A stretch of 64,000 nt of DNA from an uncultured Planctomycetales bacterium. Its GTDB lineage: Bacteria > Omnitrophota > Gorgyraeia > Gygaellales > Profunditerraquicolaceae. Under the pieces are notes generated by a model. The model was not told the DNA's origin. It ran no database searches and worked only from the letters and a program-made list of their open reading frames with translations. The DNA is taken from assembly GCA_964603585.1 (NCBI GenBank), contig CAZRVK010000002.1:179513-243512 (forward strand), in the 5' to 3' direction. A program made the translations under genes and the position numbers. The number at the start of each line of letters is the position of its first letter. Position 1 is the stretch's first letter. Shown here piece by piece: positions 38,880-49,826 of this stretch.

Positions 38880-39413
38880 TTACCCCTTATTCAGGGTATT
38901 TTCTAACAGCGCGGTTTTATCAGCACCTTTTATCCTATCCCAGCGTTCTAATATCAATAATTTATAGGCATAAACAACGAGTGCCTCAAAGTTGAAATAC
39001 TGGCCTTGCGATAGCTCTTCCAGCTTATTCCACCTGGCATAATCCAGCATTTTCTCTGCTTCAATGATCGAGGGGTTGCGATGCACGGCAGAAGCAAGAT
39101 GTGTAACAGAAATATCCGAGGCGTAATCCATGCGCAAATATCTTGCCGCCTCCAAATGTTTTCGGCTGGCGCGGATTTTTGCTAGTTCATTCCTAAGCAA
39201 GCCATCGAATAAAACCCATTTTCTTAAAACAGGCGTTTTAGGTAACCCCTGATCGTAATTGTCCGCCTGCGGCAGATGGCTTATTAGTTTATAATCGCGT
39301 TCCGGGATAAATTGCCGGCATGACTCCAGGAATTTATCAAAAGCAAAAGGCATATTTCCGTCAAAATGCAACACGGGCAAACTGGACATAAAATATACAT
39401 AGAAATCTATCAT
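38880..39413 (-). CDS. V-ATPase operon-associated hypothetical protein (DUF2764-like)
   Basis: 177 aa, no motif recognised. Occupies the slot between subunits E and A, as in spirochaete/chlamydial-type V-ATPase operons. Confidence 0.3.
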   Translation of the reverse strand: MIDFYVYFMSSLPVLHFDGNMPFAFDKFLESCRQFIPERDYKLISHLPQADNYDQGLPKTPVLRKWVLFDGLLRNELAKIRASRKHLEAARYLRMDYASDISVTHLASAVHRNPSIIEAEKMLDYARWNKLEELSQGQYFNFEALVVYAYKLLILERWDRIKGADKTALLENTLNKG

Positions 39414-39414
39414 T

Positions 39415-40035
39415 TTATTTTCCCTGGCCGAGTAAAGCCTCGGACAAAATCTGTTTTAACTTGGGTTTTAATCCGTTCCCGATATACTCTGCCAGAGCCT
39501 TATCCGTGAACTCATACTGTGACCGCCCAGAATCATAACTAATTGTAAACCCTCCTGTAATCTCATTGGCTGATCTTAAGGTTATCCCGCGCCTGGTTTC
39601 TTCCTTCAGCCGGGCGAAAAAAGTTTTTTCCAAAACTTCCCGGTCCTCATCTTTTAGCCCGATAACAATATCCTGCCCGGCAGATACCCCAACATCTAAA
39701 ACCAACCGGCTTAAAATATTCGATAAAACCTCCGGGGTTAATGCCATACGCACATCCATAGCGATAATCGCCTGGAATATAGACTCTATCTCTTTTCTTA
39801 CACCCAAAAGCAAATCCCGTCCGGCCTGCGCCAGAAGTGCTTTTGCCCGCGACTCATCCCGGGCAATACCCTCTTTGGCGCTGTCCATCAACTCTTTCGC
39901 CTGGCTCTCGGCATGAGCCACGATCTCTTGCGCACGGTGTTTAGCTTGGACTTCCATCTCTTGGGCTTTTTTTTCGGCCGCCTGGAAACCTTCCTGATTA
40001 ATCTTTTCAATCAAATCCTTGATCTCTTCTGCCAT
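39415..40035 (-). CDS. atpE: V-type ATPase subunit E
   Basis: 206 aa. Long N-terminal charged helix (EEIKDLIEKINQE..AEKKAQEMEVQAKHRAQEI) plus a globular C-terminus. First gene of the operon. Confidence 0.65.
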   Translation of the reverse strand: MAEEIKDLIEKINQEGFQAAEKKAQEMEVQAKHRAQEIVAHAESQAKELMDSAKEGIARDESRAKALLAQAGRDLLLGVRKEIESIFQAIIAMDVRMALTPEVLSNILSRLVLDVGVSAGQDIVIGLKDEDREVLEKTFFARLKEETRRGITLRSANEITGGFTISYDSGRSQYEFTDKALAEYIGNGLKPKLKQILSEALLGQGK

Positions 40036-40048
40036 ATGCCTCTCTCTT

Positions 40049-40798
40049 TCAAATTAAAGCGTCCACTGCCGCCAAAGGGTCCGCCGCCTCCAAAATAGGC
40101 CGGCCAACAACTAAAAAATTGCTACCCGCCTTAAGTGCTTCTTTGGCTGTTGCGACCCTTTTTTGATCATCTGTTTTTAAACTCTTGGCCCTGATCCCGG
40201 GTGTAACAATGATAAAATCAGGGCCAAATGATCTTCTGATCATTTCGGCTTCACTCACTGCACACACTACGCCATCTAACCCGGAGTCTTTGGCTAATTG
40301 TGCCGCCGATAAAACCTCCTGATTAATATTATCGCTTACGGCATCACTAGTCAAGCGGGTAACACCGACCATATAAGGCTTGGCGATTTTTAACTCTTCC
40401 GACCTTTCTTTAGCCGCTTTAGCGACCTGCAGAAGCATTTCCTTACCGCCTTTGGTATGCACCGTCATCATAAAAACAGGGGGTGCAATAATATTTTTCG
40501 GGTTACCGGTACTTTCTGATAATACCCCTTTACCTCCTAAAAACCCCGCTCCGGCAACCGTCCCGGATAACACCGCCCGATAAACGGTATTGGGAATATC
40601 GTGGTATTTTAAATCCAAAAAAACTTTTGCCCCCTTTAACCCGATCATCTTAACCGCTTCCGGACCACATGCCGTAAACAATTGCATGCCGACCTTAAAC
40701 ATAGTTACTTTAGGGTATAAGATATCCACAAAACGTTCTGCCTCTTCTAATGTGGGCAGATCTAAGGCAACAATGAGTTTTTCTTTTATATTCGTCAT
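40049..40798 (-). CDS. pyrF: orotidine-5'-phosphate decarboxylase
   Basis: LIVALDLP..A...V..L...V.MFKVGMQLF and DLKYHDIPNTV motifs of OMP decarboxylase. Confidence 0.85.
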   Translation of the reverse strand: MTNIKEKLIVALDLPTLEEAERFVDILYPKVTMFKVGMQLFTACGPEAVKMIGLKGAKVFLDLKYHDIPNTVYRAVLSGTVAGAGFLGGKGVLSESTGNPKNIIAPPVFMMTVHTKGGKEMLLQVAKAAKERSEELKIAKPYMVGVTRLTSDAVSDNINQEVLSAAQLAKDSGLDGVVCAVSEAEMIRRSFGPDFIIVTPGIRAKSLKTDDQKRVATAKEALKAGSNFLVVGRPILEAADPLAAVDALI

Positions 40799-41703
40799 TG
40801 TAAAGACCCGGTTAATTGTCGGATCGAAGACATCTTGTTCTTTCTTAAATAATCCTTGATCCCGGATATAACTTCCATTGCTGTCCGGGGATCAATAAAA
40901 TTTGCGGTGCCGATACTGACGGCGCTTGCACCGGCGATAAAAAACTCCAGCGCGCTTTGTGCATCCATGATCCCCCCCATGCCAATAACAGGGATTTTAA
41001 CCTTTTGAAAAACCTCCCAAACCATCCGCACGGCTACCGGCCGGATGGCAGGGCCGCTTAAACCTGCAACACCCCGCGCAATCTTGGGTTTACGGGTATA
41101 AATATCGATGCTCATTCCGGTCAAGGTATTAACTAAAGACACCGCATCGCTACCGGCCGATTCTGCCGCCTGCGCGATTTCAGAAATATCCGCGACATTG
41201 GGAGAAAGCTTGGCGATCAAGGTTTTCTTTGTCGCCTTGCGGATATTCCTGACCACAGAGTATGTTTCCAATGGATCCTGTGACACTAACCTTGTTTTCT
41301 TAAGGTTCGGGCAGGAAAGGTTCAACTCTATTGCCGCTACCTCATTTATCCGTTCAAGCCTTTCCGCAAGGATCAAAAACTCCCCGGGATCCTTATCTGA
41401 AGAAATACTGATAATGACAGTGGTCCCGATCTTTTTCAGATAAGGCATTTTTTCCAAGAGGAATTTATCTATCCCGGGGTTTTCCAGACCAATGGAATTG
41501 AGCATCCCTGCGGGCGTCTCACAGGTACGCGGCATGGGATTGCCTTTGCGCGGATTGACCGTAATGGTTTTCGTGACCACGGCCCCCAAATCCTTCGGAT
41601 CAAAAAAGTCTCTAAACTCATCGGCATAACCAAAAGTACCCGAAGATACCATTACCGGATTTTTTAATTTTAATCTGCCGATACAAACACTTAAATCAGC
41701 CAT
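40795..41703 (-). CDS. pyrD: dihydroorotate dehydrogenase catalytic subunit (class 1B)
   Basis: 302 aa. Matches PyrD motifs (NPVMVSSGTFGY, ..TKTITVNPRKGNP.PR.., ..NSIGLENPG.., GGI..). Confidence 0.85.
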   Translation of the reverse strand: MADLSVCIGRLKLKNPVMVSSGTFGYADEFRDFFDPKDLGAVVTKTITVNPRKGNPMPRTCETPAGMLNSIGLENPGIDKFLLEKMPYLKKIGTTVIISISSDKDPGEFLILAERLERINEVAAIELNLSCPNLKKTRLVSQDPLETYSVVRNIRKATKKTLIAKLSPNVADISEIAQAAESAGSDAVSLVNTLTGMSIDIYTRKPKIARGVAGLSGPAIRPVAVRMVWEVFQKVKIPVIGMGGIMDAQSALEFFIAGASAVSIGTANFIDPRTAMEVISGIKDYLRKNKMSSIRQLTGSLQ

Positions 41704-41705
41704 AT

Positions 41706-42065
41706 TTATTTAGTAAAAATCATTTTTAAGGCAATGAATAATAAAAACATACCAAACCCTTTACGTAATATCGGATCGGATAGATTTTTCACGGCATGGG
41801 CGCCCAATAAGGCTCCGAGGGCAAAACCGATAGCGATGAACACCGCAATCCCTATTTTTACATTCCCGGCATAATAATATTGTATCGCCGCCAAAAGCCC
41901 AATCGGGGGGATCATCACAGCCAAGGTGGTCCCCTGGGCCTGATGTTGAGTTAAGCCAAAAATAAACACTAATGCCGGGATCAAAATAACCCCGCCGCCA
42001 ATACCAAACAACCCGCTTAATATCCCGGCAGCTAATCCCAGAATTATATATAGCACTTGTGACAT
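41706..42065 (-). CDS. half-size TSUP (TauE/SafE-like) membrane protein
   Basis: 119 aa, four TM helices with GxGGG (LFGIGGGVILIPAL). Corresponds to a single TSUP repeat unit. Confidence 0.55.
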   Translation of the reverse strand: MSQVLYIILGLAAGILSGLFGIGGGVILIPALVFIFGLTQHQAQGTTLAVMIPPIGLLAAIQYYYAGNVKIGIAVFIAIGFALGALLGAHAVKNLSDPILRKGFGMFLLFIALKMIFTK

Positions 42066-42115
42066 TCTTGCCTCCTATGGCAATAAAACTTTATCTTGAT
42101 GGCTCCGGACAGGGA

Positions 42116-43024
42116 TTAATCCCAAATCACCTGGTTAGCAGCAAATACCGGACCATCCTTACAGACCCTTTTATATTCAAAATCATCCTGGCGATTGTTA
42201 TCCTCGACAAAACCCGGTATTTTTGGGGGCCTGTCTTCTGAATTTGCGATTTTAACTACACACCCCAGACAAGCACCTATTCCGCAGGCCATATGGGCCT
42301 CCAAAGAAATCTGTGCTGGGATTTCTTGCTCGGCGGCAATTTGAGATAACGCCTTAAGCATGGGTTTAGGCCCACAAGCGCATATAGATCTTTGCCCATG
42401 GCTCGTGGCTTTTAGCTCATGGCTTAATAGTTCAGTAACCCGGCCTTTGAAGCCTTTTGATCCATCATCGGTAGCAACCTTTACCTGATAACCTAAAGCT
42501 GCAAATTCTTTTTCGCACAATATATGGCTTTTGCTTTTTGCCCCAATTAATACCACCGGTTTGCTTCTGGCCTTGCAGCCTTGCCCTCTTTGAATCGGCT
42601 TTGTTTTGCTTAGCACTGCCTTTGCAACCAATGTCTCCGCCAAATAGACAAGAGGTGCCACTCCCATCCCCCCGGCAACAAGAATTAGCTCTTGGCTCAC
42701 AGCCCCTGGCTCATAACTGAATCCATTTCCTAAAGGGCCAATTACGTCCACATATTCACCGGGCTTCTTCGCGGATAAGATACTGGTCGCCCGGCCAACT
42801 GCTTCGACCAATATATCAAAGGTGTCTTTTTTAACCCGATGAATGCCTATCGGGCGGCGTAATAGCGGATCATCCGAAACCGAAACCATTATTTCCACGA
42901 ACTGTCCCGGCTTCGATACAGAAGTGATATTGGCAGAGCCCAGAGTAAGATGAAACTGGTTTTCGCCCACCTTTTGGTTTCTTAACACCTTGGCTTTTTC
43001 CTGAAAAATCTTTTTCTTCATCAT
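42116..43024 (-). CDS. pyrK: dihydroorotate dehydrogenase electron-transfer subunit
   Basis: FAD/NAD-binding fold plus a C-terminal 2Fe-2S ligand cluster (CACGPKPM..CGIGACLGC). Confidence 0.8.
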   Translation of the reverse strand: MMKKKIFQEKAKVLRNQKVGENQFHLTLGSANITSVSKPGQFVEIMVSVSDDPLLRRPIGIHRVKKDTFDILVEAVGRATSILSAKKPGEYVDVIGPLGNGFSYEPGAVSQELILVAGGMGVAPLVYLAETLVAKAVLSKTKPIQRGQGCKARSKPVVLIGAKSKSHILCEKEFAALGYQVKVATDDGSKGFKGRVTELLSHELKATSHGQRSICACGPKPMLKALSQIAAEQEIPAQISLEAHMACGIGACLGCVVKIANSEDRPPKIPGFVEDNNRQDDFEYKRVCKDGPVFAANQVIWD

Positions 43025-43093
43025 TATCTTAAATATGACCGAATCAACGTCATCAGCATACCAGGCGGCAGATAATAACCCGATTATACAGTT

Positions 43094-43672
43094 TTATCTG
43101 AAATAGTTCCAAATGGTTATCCCGGTTAACACCGCTAAAACCGCTGATAACGACGGCAATTCCTTTTTTATCCACGGCCATTTCAACATTAAGTATTGCT
43201 CTGGCCTGGTTTTCAACAAAGCCGAAGGGGACGGGAAAAATTTAGGCGTGGTTAATTGGTAATTGCGGAACCTTTCGCCAAAATATCCCTTAAGGCGTTC
43301 TTCTTCCCGGCTGATTTGCGGGATATAAATCGATAGATAAATCACAAGGAATATCCCTCCAACCCAAATCCTGAATGCCGCCAGGACCACCCCTAATCCA
43401 ATCAAGAGTGTGCCAAAATACATTGGATTACGCATCAGATTATAAGGCCCTTCACACACAAGAGTTTTTCCGTCCGGATTACGCTCGGCTTTAAACCCCC
43501 TGGCAGAAATACGCAACAAATAGCCTAACAATACCGCCAATAAACCTGCGACCGATCTTATATACCGGGTACCTTTGCCAACGGGATCAGGCAGCAAATA
43601 TTTATAAAAAAAGATCAGCGCCACCACGCCCAGACAGATCAAAAATCCCTGCATTCTTATGCGCGCTTTCAT
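43094..43672 (-). CDS. isoprenylcysteine carboxyl methyltransferase-family membrane methyltransferase
   Basis: 192 aa, polytopic. C-terminal ..NPMYFG..L..GLGV.. and EE..L...FGE.F..Y motif of the ICMT/PEMT family. Confidence 0.55.
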   Translation of the reverse strand: MKARIRMQGFLICLGVVALIFFYKYLLPDPVGKGTRYIRSVAGLLAVLLGYLLRISARGFKAERNPDGKTLVCEGPYNLMRNPMYFGTLLIGLGVVLAAFRIWVGGIFLVIYLSIYIPQISREEERLKGYFGERFRNYQLTTPKFFPSPSALLKTRPEQYLMLKWPWIKKELPSLSAVLAVLTGITIWNYFR

Positions 43673-43695
43673 TTTCTATTCCTTTTGCCCGTTCT

Positions 43696-44496
43696 TTACT
43701 TCTGGCAGTTCGGGCAAAAATAACTCCCCCTTCCGGCCAAACTGATCCTTTTGATCGGCTTTTTGCACACTAAACATGCCAAACCGTTACGCCCATAAAC
43801 CTTGTGGTATTTTGCATAATTACCGCGCTTGCCATTAAGATGAACGTAATTATCCACCGAAGAACCTTTGTGCCGCGTCGCTTCGCGCAAAGTGTCCTTA
43901 ATCTCTTTGAGCAATTTTTTTCTTTCATTAGCGGTTAAACTTTGCGCACTTCTTTCCGGGCTGATACCCGCACGGAACAATGCCTCCGCAGCATAAAGAT
44001 TCCCTACCCCGGAAATAAAGGCCTGGTCCATCAATAACGGCTTGATCTTTGTCTTTTTGTTCTCGAGCATTTTATCAAATTTATCCGTATTAAGGCCAAA
44101 CGGCTCCGGGCCTAATCTCTGAATAAATCGCAAGGCATGCCAATCCTCCACTAAACGCAGATCGGCAAATAGCCGCTGGTCATTAAAATCCAGCAGCTTG
44201 CCGTTGGAAAATTTAAAACTAACCCGGCTGGTTTTCCCGTTCCCTGGATATACTAATTGCCCGGTCATTTTAAGATGGATGGTCAAGGCACACCCGGAAG
44301 ATAATTCCAAGATCAAAAGTTTGCCTTTTCTAAGGATATTTTTTATCGTGGCATTCTTTAAACCTTTTACAAAACCTTCTTGGCCGGGCTCGCGAATAAC
44401 TTTGGGATTATTCACGAACACATCTATGATCTTTTTTCCCAAAAACTCTGACTTCAGCTCTCTTTTTATCGTTTCGACTTCAGGCAATTCTGGCAT
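43696..44496 (-). CDS. mutM: formamidopyrimidine-DNA glycosylase (Fpg/MutM)
   Basis: Hallmark N-terminus MPELPEVETI and C-terminal zinc finger C..C...C..C (CLVCKKPI...YFCPNCQ). Start moved to the MPELPEV Met, five codons downstream of the track's first Met at 44511. Confidence 0.85.
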   Translation of the reverse strand: MPELPEVETIKRELKSEFLGKKIIDVFVNNPKVIREPGQEGFVKGLKNATIKNILRKGKLLILELSSGCALTIHLKMTGQLVYPGNGKTSRVSFKFSNGKLLDFNDQRLFADLRLVEDWHALRFIQRLGPEPFGLNTDKFDKMLENKKTKIKPLLMDQAFISGVGNLYAAEALFRAGISPERSAQSLTANERKKLLKEIKDTLREATRHKGSSVDNYVHLNGKRGNYAKYHKVYGRNGLACLVCKKPIKRISLAGRGSYFCPNCQK

Positions 44497-44548
44497 CCCG
44501 CATCCTTCCATTCCTTCATCATCAGCCTTACGCCCATCGATTGCATCA

Positions 44549-44938
44549 TCATACCACTTTCACCCACACCTGCCTCGACCGGGGACCGTCATTTTCACAA
44601 AAAAATATCCCCTGCCACGCACCAAGCATCAACCTGGAATCTTCCACGAATACCTGCAAGGAAAAACCGAATAATGATGAGCGTATATGACTGTCCGAAT
44701 TACCCTCGCTATGCAGGTAATCCCCCCGGGAAGGAATGAGCTCTCCCATGGTATTTTTTATGTCTTGGGGCACTGCCGGATCAGCAGCTTCATTAATGGT
44801 TAAACCCGCGGTAGTATGCGGACAAAACAAAAAACAAATCCCGTTTTTAGTCTTGCTCTTGGTCACAATCGCCTGCACCAAAGCGGTTATCTCAACCAGT
44901 TCTATACGGCTATTTGTTTTTACCTGTATTTTTTCCAC
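44549..44938 (-). CDS. yjbQ: YjbQ/UPF0047-family protein
   Basis: [14 protein letters not shown]..., [27 protein letters not shown] motifs. 129 aa. Confidence 0.8.
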   Translation of the reverse strand: MEKIQVKTNSRIELVEITALVQAIVTKSKTKNGICFLFCPHTTAGLTINEAADPAVPQDIKNTMGELIPSRGDYLHSEGNSDSHIRSSLFGFSLQVFVEDSRLMLGAWQGIFFCENDGPRSRQVWVKVV

Positions 44939-47900
44939 CCTTACCTTTATGCTTTCGCGGTCTATTGAACTTTTTATGATAATCCTGCAGTGAATTAACT
45001 TCCAGATTTTTCTTTATCATCGCCTCAATCCCGCTTACCGTTGCCTGGGCCCCGGAGATCGTAGTAGTATAAGGTATATTATACATAATCACATGCGAGC
45101 GGATCTTTACTTCATCCTGGCGGGGGATCCTTCCGGTTGGGGTATTGATCACTAATTGTATACGCCCGTCTTTCATGAGATCTATTACATTGGGCCTTCC
45201 CTCGGCGATCTTCGGCACTTTTTTTACTTTGATATTATTCCTTTCCAGGGTCGCGGCAGTCCCGGAAGTAGCATAGATATTAAACCCTAAATCCTGCATT
45301 GTCTTAGCAATAAAAACCACTGCTCTTTTATCCTTATCCCTGACGGAAATGAACACATTTCCCTTCTTTGGCAGATTTTGCCCGGCGGCAAGCTGGCTTT
45401 TGATATAGGCTCGGCCAAAATCATGGTCTTGCCCCATCACTTCTCCTGTCGAACGCATTTCCGGGCCCAAGATCACATCCACTCCCGGGAAACGATTGAA
45501 AGGGAAAACCGATTCTTTGACCGAAAAATGTTCCGGGACCACTTCTTTGGTAAAACCGAGGTCTTTAAGCTTTTTACCAAGCATTACCTTAGTGGCTAAT
45601 TTCGCCAGCGGCACCCCGATAGCTTTCGAAACAAAAGGTACAGTCCTTGAGGCGCGAGGGTTTACTTCCAGCACATAAACCTTTTCATCTTTAACCGCGT
45701 ATTGCACATTCATTAATCCTATAACATGTAATTCCCGGGCCATTGCCTGGGTAGCTAAGCGGATATTATTCAATATATCCTGCGACAGTGTATATGCCGG
45801 TAAAGACATTGCCGAGTCCCCAGAATGGATACCGGCTTCCTCAATATGTTCTAAGATCCCGCCAACCACAAAAGTCTCTCCATCCCCGATCAGGTCCACA
45901 TCTACCTCAATAGCATCCTCCAAAAACTTGTCGATTAGAACCGGATGCTCCCCAGACACACTGGCCGCTTCGATAATAAATTTCTCTAAAGTACCCTCGT
46001 CATAAACAATCTCCATGGCCCGGCCGCCTAAAACATAAGAAGGCCGCACTAAAACCGGATATCCGATTCTTTTGGCTACTTCTTTTGCCTCATCGAAATT
46101 AAACGCCGTCCCATTTGCCGGCTGTAATAAGCCTAATTTATGCAGCATTTGCTGGAAACGTTTCCGGTCTTCGGCAATATCAATACTGTCCGCGCTGGTC
46201 CCCAACAGGTTCACCCCCAATTTACGCAAAGGCACTGCCAGATTAAGCGGAGTCTGCCCGCCAAACTGGACGATCACCCCCATGGGATTTTCCAAATCGA
46301 TTATATTCAAAATATCTTCCTGTGTCAGCGGTTCAAAATAGAGACGGTCTGATGTGTCATAATCCGTAGAAACAGTTTCCGGATTACAATTGACCATAAT
46401 ACTGTCGATCCCTTCTTCCTTTAAGGCATAAGCAGCATGGCAACAACAATAATCAAATTCGATCCCCTGTCCGATACGATTAGGACCTCCGCCAAGAATC
46501 ATAACTTTTTTATTTTTGCTGGCTCTGCCCTCCTGGGTAGTTTCCTGGGTAGAATAAAAATACGGCCGTTTGGACTCGAATTCCCCGGCACAGGTATCTA
46601 CCAATTTATACACCGCCTCCACCCTTTGTTTTTTACGAAACTCTCGCACGGTTTCCTCCTTAATATTCAATAAAAATGCCAGCTGACGGTCAGAGAACCC
46701 GTTTTCTTTGGCTTCTTTAAGCAATGACAACGGGATCTGTCCCCCCGGATTATTCTGGTCTTTTCTGTATTTTTTGATCTCCTCTTCCAGCTCAACTAAT
46801 CTCTGCATATTATCTAAGAACCACCTGTCTATATGTGAAAGCTGATAAATCTCTTCGCAGGACATACCGGCCTTGAGTCCATACCGGATATAAAAAAGAC
46901 GTTCGTCATTAGGCAGGCTGATTTTATCTTTAATCAAGCGCAACAACCCATTATCAGGATGCCGCAATTGTTCATCATTAATCTTATCTTTGCCGTCTGC
47001 ACCAAATCCGAAGCGGGAAATTTCTATGGAACGGATCCCTTTTTGCATTGCTTCGTTAAAATTCCTGCCGATAGACATCGCCTCTCCCACCGCTTTCATT
47101 GAAGTATTCAATACGCGCTGGGCATGTGGGAATTTCTCAAAGGTAAACCGGCAGATCTTAAATACGCAATAATCCACCGTGGGCTCAAAAAAAGACCTGG
47201 TTTTGCCGGTCACTTGATTCATCACCTCGGGCAAAGTATATCCTACCGCTAGTTTTGTGGCAACCCGGGCAATAGGAAACCCTGTGGCTTTAGACGCCAA
47301 AGCCGAAGACCGGCTAAGCCGGGGATTAACCTCTATGATCACGATCTGCCCGTTTTCGGGGTTTTGACCAAACTGGATATTCACCCCGCCTCCGGAAACA
47401 CCGATACGTCGAATGATCTTTTTGCATAAATACACGAAGTGTGCATACTCCTCGGCGGTTAAAGTTTGCGCGGGAGCAACAACAATGCTATCCCCAGTAT
47501 GCACCCCCATAGGATCGACGTTTTCCATCGAAGTAACAATGACCACATTGTCGGCACAATCCCTCATCACCTCAAATTCGATTTCCTTCCAGCCCAACAC
47601 AGATTGTTCAACTAAAACTTGATGTACAGGGCTGATCTCCAGCCCTTTAGTTAAAGATTGTTCCAGCTCCTCCTGATTATAAACGATCGCCCCGCCGCTT
47701 CCTCCCAGACAATATGCCGGACGCAGGATAAGCGGAAAACCGATACCAAGGCCAATCCGCATCCCTTCGGCAACGCTTGTAGCAATACCGCTTTTGGGTA
47801 ATCCAACCCCTATCTCCTGCATAGCCTTTTTAAAAAGCTCCCGGTCTTCGGCACAAGAAATTGCACCTACAGAAGAACCTATAGATTCTATTTTGTATTT

Positions 47901-48227
47901 CTTTAAAATCCCCTGCTTCATCAAAAAAAATGCCAGGTTCAATCCCGTCTGCCCTCCCAAGGTAGGCAAAATCGCGTCGGGCCTTTCTTTGTCGATGATT
48001 TTCGTCACCATATCCACAGATAAAGGTTCTATATAAGTGACATCTGCCATCTCTGGATCCGTCATGATAGTGGCGGGATTAGAATTAACCAGGATCGTAA
48101 AATACCCTTCTTCCTTTAAGGCTTTACAGGCTTGCGAACCAGAATAATCAAATTCACAGGCCTGGCCAATAACTATCGGTCCGGAACCGATCATAAGGAT
48201 TTTCTTTATATCCGTGCGTTTTGGCAT
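44910..48227 (-). CDS. carB: carbamoyl-phosphate synthase large subunit
   Basis: 1105 aa with duplicated ATP-grasp halves ([23 protein letters not shown] ... [20 protein letters not shown]) and a C-terminal MGS-like domain. Confidence 0.95.
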   Translation of the reverse strand: MPKRTDIKKILMIGSGPIVIGQACEFDYSGSQACKALKEEGYFTILVNSNPATIMTDPEMADVTYIEPLSVDMVTKIIDKERPDAILPTLGGQTGLNLAFFLMKQGILKKYKIESIGSSVGAISCAEDRELFKKAMQEIGVGLPKSGIATSVAEGMRIGLGIGFPLILRPAYCLGGSGGAIVYNQEELEQSLTKGLEISPVHQVLVEQSVLGWKEIEFEVMRDCADNVVIVTSMENVDPMGVHTGDSIVVAPAQTLTAEEYAHFVYLCKKIIRRIGVSGGGVNIQFGQNPENGQIVIIEVNPRLSRSSALASKATGFPIARVATKLAVGYTLPEVMNQVTGKTRSFFEPTVDYCVFKICRFTFEKFPHAQRVLNTSMKAVGEAMSIGRNFNEAMQKGIRSIEISRFGFGADGKDKINDEQLRHPDNGLLRLIKDKISLPNDERLFYIRYGLKAGMSCEEIYQLSHIDRWFLDNMQRLVELEEEIKKYRKDQNNPGGQIPLSLLKEAKENGFSDRQLAFLLNIKEETVREFRKKQRVEAVYKLVDTCAGEFESKRPYFYSTQETTQEGRASKNKKVMILGGGPNRIGQGIEFDYCCCHAAYALKEEGIDSIMVNCNPETVSTDYDTSDRLYFEPLTQEDILNIIDLENPMGVIVQFGGQTPLNLAVPLRKLGVNLLGTSADSIDIAEDRKRFQQMLHKLGLLQPANGTAFNFDEAKEVAKRIGYPVLVRPSYVLGGRAMEIVYDEGTLEKFIIEAASVSGEHPVLIDKFLEDAIEVDVDLIGDGETFVVGGILEHIEEAGIHSGDSAMSLPAYTLSQDILNNIRLATQAMARELHVIGLMNVQYAVKDEKVYVLEVNPRASRTVPFVSKAIGVPLAKLATKVMLGKKLKDLGFTKEVVPEHFSVKESVFPFNRFPGVDVILGPEMRSTGEVMGQDHDFGRAYIKSQLAAGQNLPKKGNVFISVRDKDKRAVVFIAKTMQDLGFNIYATSGTAATLERNNIKVKKVPKIAEGRPNVIDLMKDGRIQLVINTPTGRIPRQDEVKIRSHVIMYNIPYTTTISGAQATVSGIEAMIKKNLEVNSLQDYHKKFNRPRKHKGKGGKNTGKNK

Positions 48228-48236
48228 TTTTACTCC

Positions 48237-49313
48237 TTATTCAATAAATGATTTAAAGAAATTCTCAAAGACCCCATTTGCTTCTTCCGGACCGGCCCAG
48301 GCCGGAAAATATTGTATCCCCATAAATCTTAATTGCCTGCTTTCCAGCCCTTCGATCGTTTGGTCATTTAAATTAAGCAAGGAGGCCTTGGCTTGTTTAC
48401 TCCTGCTTAAAGATTCTTCATCGACTACCCAGGAGTGATTCTGTGCCGTGATCTCTCCCTTGAAACAACCCGGTTTATGCACCGGGTAATTCAGCCCGTG
48501 ATGCCCGGATTTCATTTTATTTATTTTCACGCCTATGGCTTTAGCTAAAACCTGATGCCCGCAGCAAATCCCCAGCATCGGGACTTTTCCTAATAGAATC
48601 CTGATGTTTTCTACAACCGTATTTAATCCGGGGTCTTCTTCTAACCCTCCAGCAAGGATCAACCCGTCCGGGCGGTATCGCATGATTTCTTTTGGAGTGG
48701 TATCATGAGGCAAAAGAACCACCCGGGCTTTAAGCCTTTCGATCTGCCGGATCAAGCTGTTTTGCACTCCTAAATCAAGGACGGCGATCTTATATTTACC
48801 GTTAGCTTTTCCTAAACGCTGCACAGTATTCACAGAGATCTTCGCCAACAGGCTGTTTTTGTTTTTTCCTCGATAATCTCCTATTTTAAGCAACAGTTCT
48901 TTGGGGTCAAAACAAAGAGTGGAAATAATCCCTAACATTGAACCCTTGGCGCGTAAATGCACGGATAAAGAACGGGTGTCTACTTTTGAAATGGCCAACA
49001 GGTTATTTCCTTTAACAAAATCTTCCAGGCTTTCCTTAGCCTGCCAATTAGAATAAATCCGGCTTTTCTCTTTAACTACCAAGCCTTGCGCCCACACACC
49101 TTTAGATTCATTAAACTTTGGGGACACTCCATAATTACCGATCAAGGGGTAAGTCAATACCAGAATTTTACCGGCGTTGGCGGGATCGGTCAAGATCTCC
49201 TGATACCCTACCACGGAAGTATTACAAATCACTTCTGCAACTCTTTCATCCTGCGTCCCAAAAGATTCTCCCGTAAAAACTGTTCCGTCCTCCAACAGCA
49301 AAATCGCTTTCAT
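48237..49313 (-). CDS. carA: carbamoyl-phosphate synthase small subunit (glutamine amidotransferase)
   Basis: 358 aa with class I glutamine amidotransferase motif GICCGHQVLA. Directly precedes carB. Confidence 0.9.
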   Translation of the reverse strand: MKAILLLEDGTVFTGESFGTQDERVAEVICNTSVVGYQEILTDPANAGKILVLTYPLIGNYGVSPKFNESKGVWAQGLVVKEKSRIYSNWQAKESLEDFVKGNNLLAISKVDTRSLSVHLRAKGSMLGIISTLCFDPKELLLKIGDYRGKNKNSLLAKISVNTVQRLGKANGKYKIAVLDLGVQNSLIRQIERLKARVVLLPHDTTPKEIMRYRPDGLILAGGLEEDPGLNTVVENIRILLGKVPMLGICCGHQVLAKAIGVKINKMKSGHHGLNYPVHKPGCFKGEITAQNHSWVVDEESLSRSKQAKASLLNLNDQTIEGLESRQLRFMGIQYFPAWAGPEEANGVFENFFKSFIE

Positions 49314-49789
49314 CCATTACTCCTCTTTAGGATTTCCTTTGTTTTTACTATAACTTCATCTACTGTTTTAACATTGATAACGCCTGGGATATCCCAGGAA
49401 TTCAAGCTGATCACCGGGATCTTGAATTGCAAAGCATAGGCTATTTCAGAAAGGGTTCCTTCTTTGCCTTGCAAAGCAATCACAACATCCGCACTTTTAA
49501 CTACTAAAATATTCCTGGCAAATCCCAGACCTGTAGGAATTACGATATCAATGAATGGATTTGCTGCTTGCTTTTCATATCCTGGAATAATTCCTATGGT
49601 CTGTCCACCTCCGGACTTAAAACCGCTTGAAACCGCCTCCATTACTCCACTTAATCCCCCGGAAACGAGAATTTCAGCCACTTTAGCTAATTTTTTGCCT
49701 AATTCATGCCCTAATCGCTCCACTCCATCTGAACACTCATGCCCCCCAATAATACTTACTACTCGCTTTCTCACATCTCTCCCCATCAT
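49310..49789 (-). CDS. TIGR00725/LOG-like Rossmann-fold nucleotide-binding protein
   Basis: VVSIIGG..., LVSGGLSGVMEAV, ...VIALQGKEGTLSEI pattern of the LOG/YvdD-like family. 159 aa. Confidence 0.6.
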   Translation of the reverse strand: MMGRDVRKRVVSIIGGHECSDGVERLGHELGKKLAKVAEILVSGGLSGVMEAVSSGFKSGGGQTIGIIPGYEKQAANPFIDIVIPTGLGFARNILVVKSADVVIALQGKEGTLSEIAYALQFKIPVISLNSWDIPGVINVKTVDEVIVKTKEILKRSNG

Positions 49790-49796
49790 CTTTTAT

Positions 49797-49826
49797 CTCG
49801 AATCTTCAATCTTAAATCTGTATTTT
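49797..49826 (-). repeat. heptamer array CAGATT-TAAGATT-GAAGATT-CGAGATA directly 3' of tRNA-Arg
   Basis: Minus strand CAAAAATA CAGATTTAAGATTGAAGATTCGAGATA. Same unit and phase as the array after tRNA-Val. Ends 7 nt before the ATG of the LOG-like gene. Confidence 0.7.

Noticed and set aside
38880-39413. Assigning the 177-aa ORF between V-ATPase E and A as subunit C, F or G
   Set aside because: Its length and sequence fit none of these subunits (C ~320 aa, F ~100 aa, G ~110 aa charged helix). It is left as an operon-associated hypothetical.
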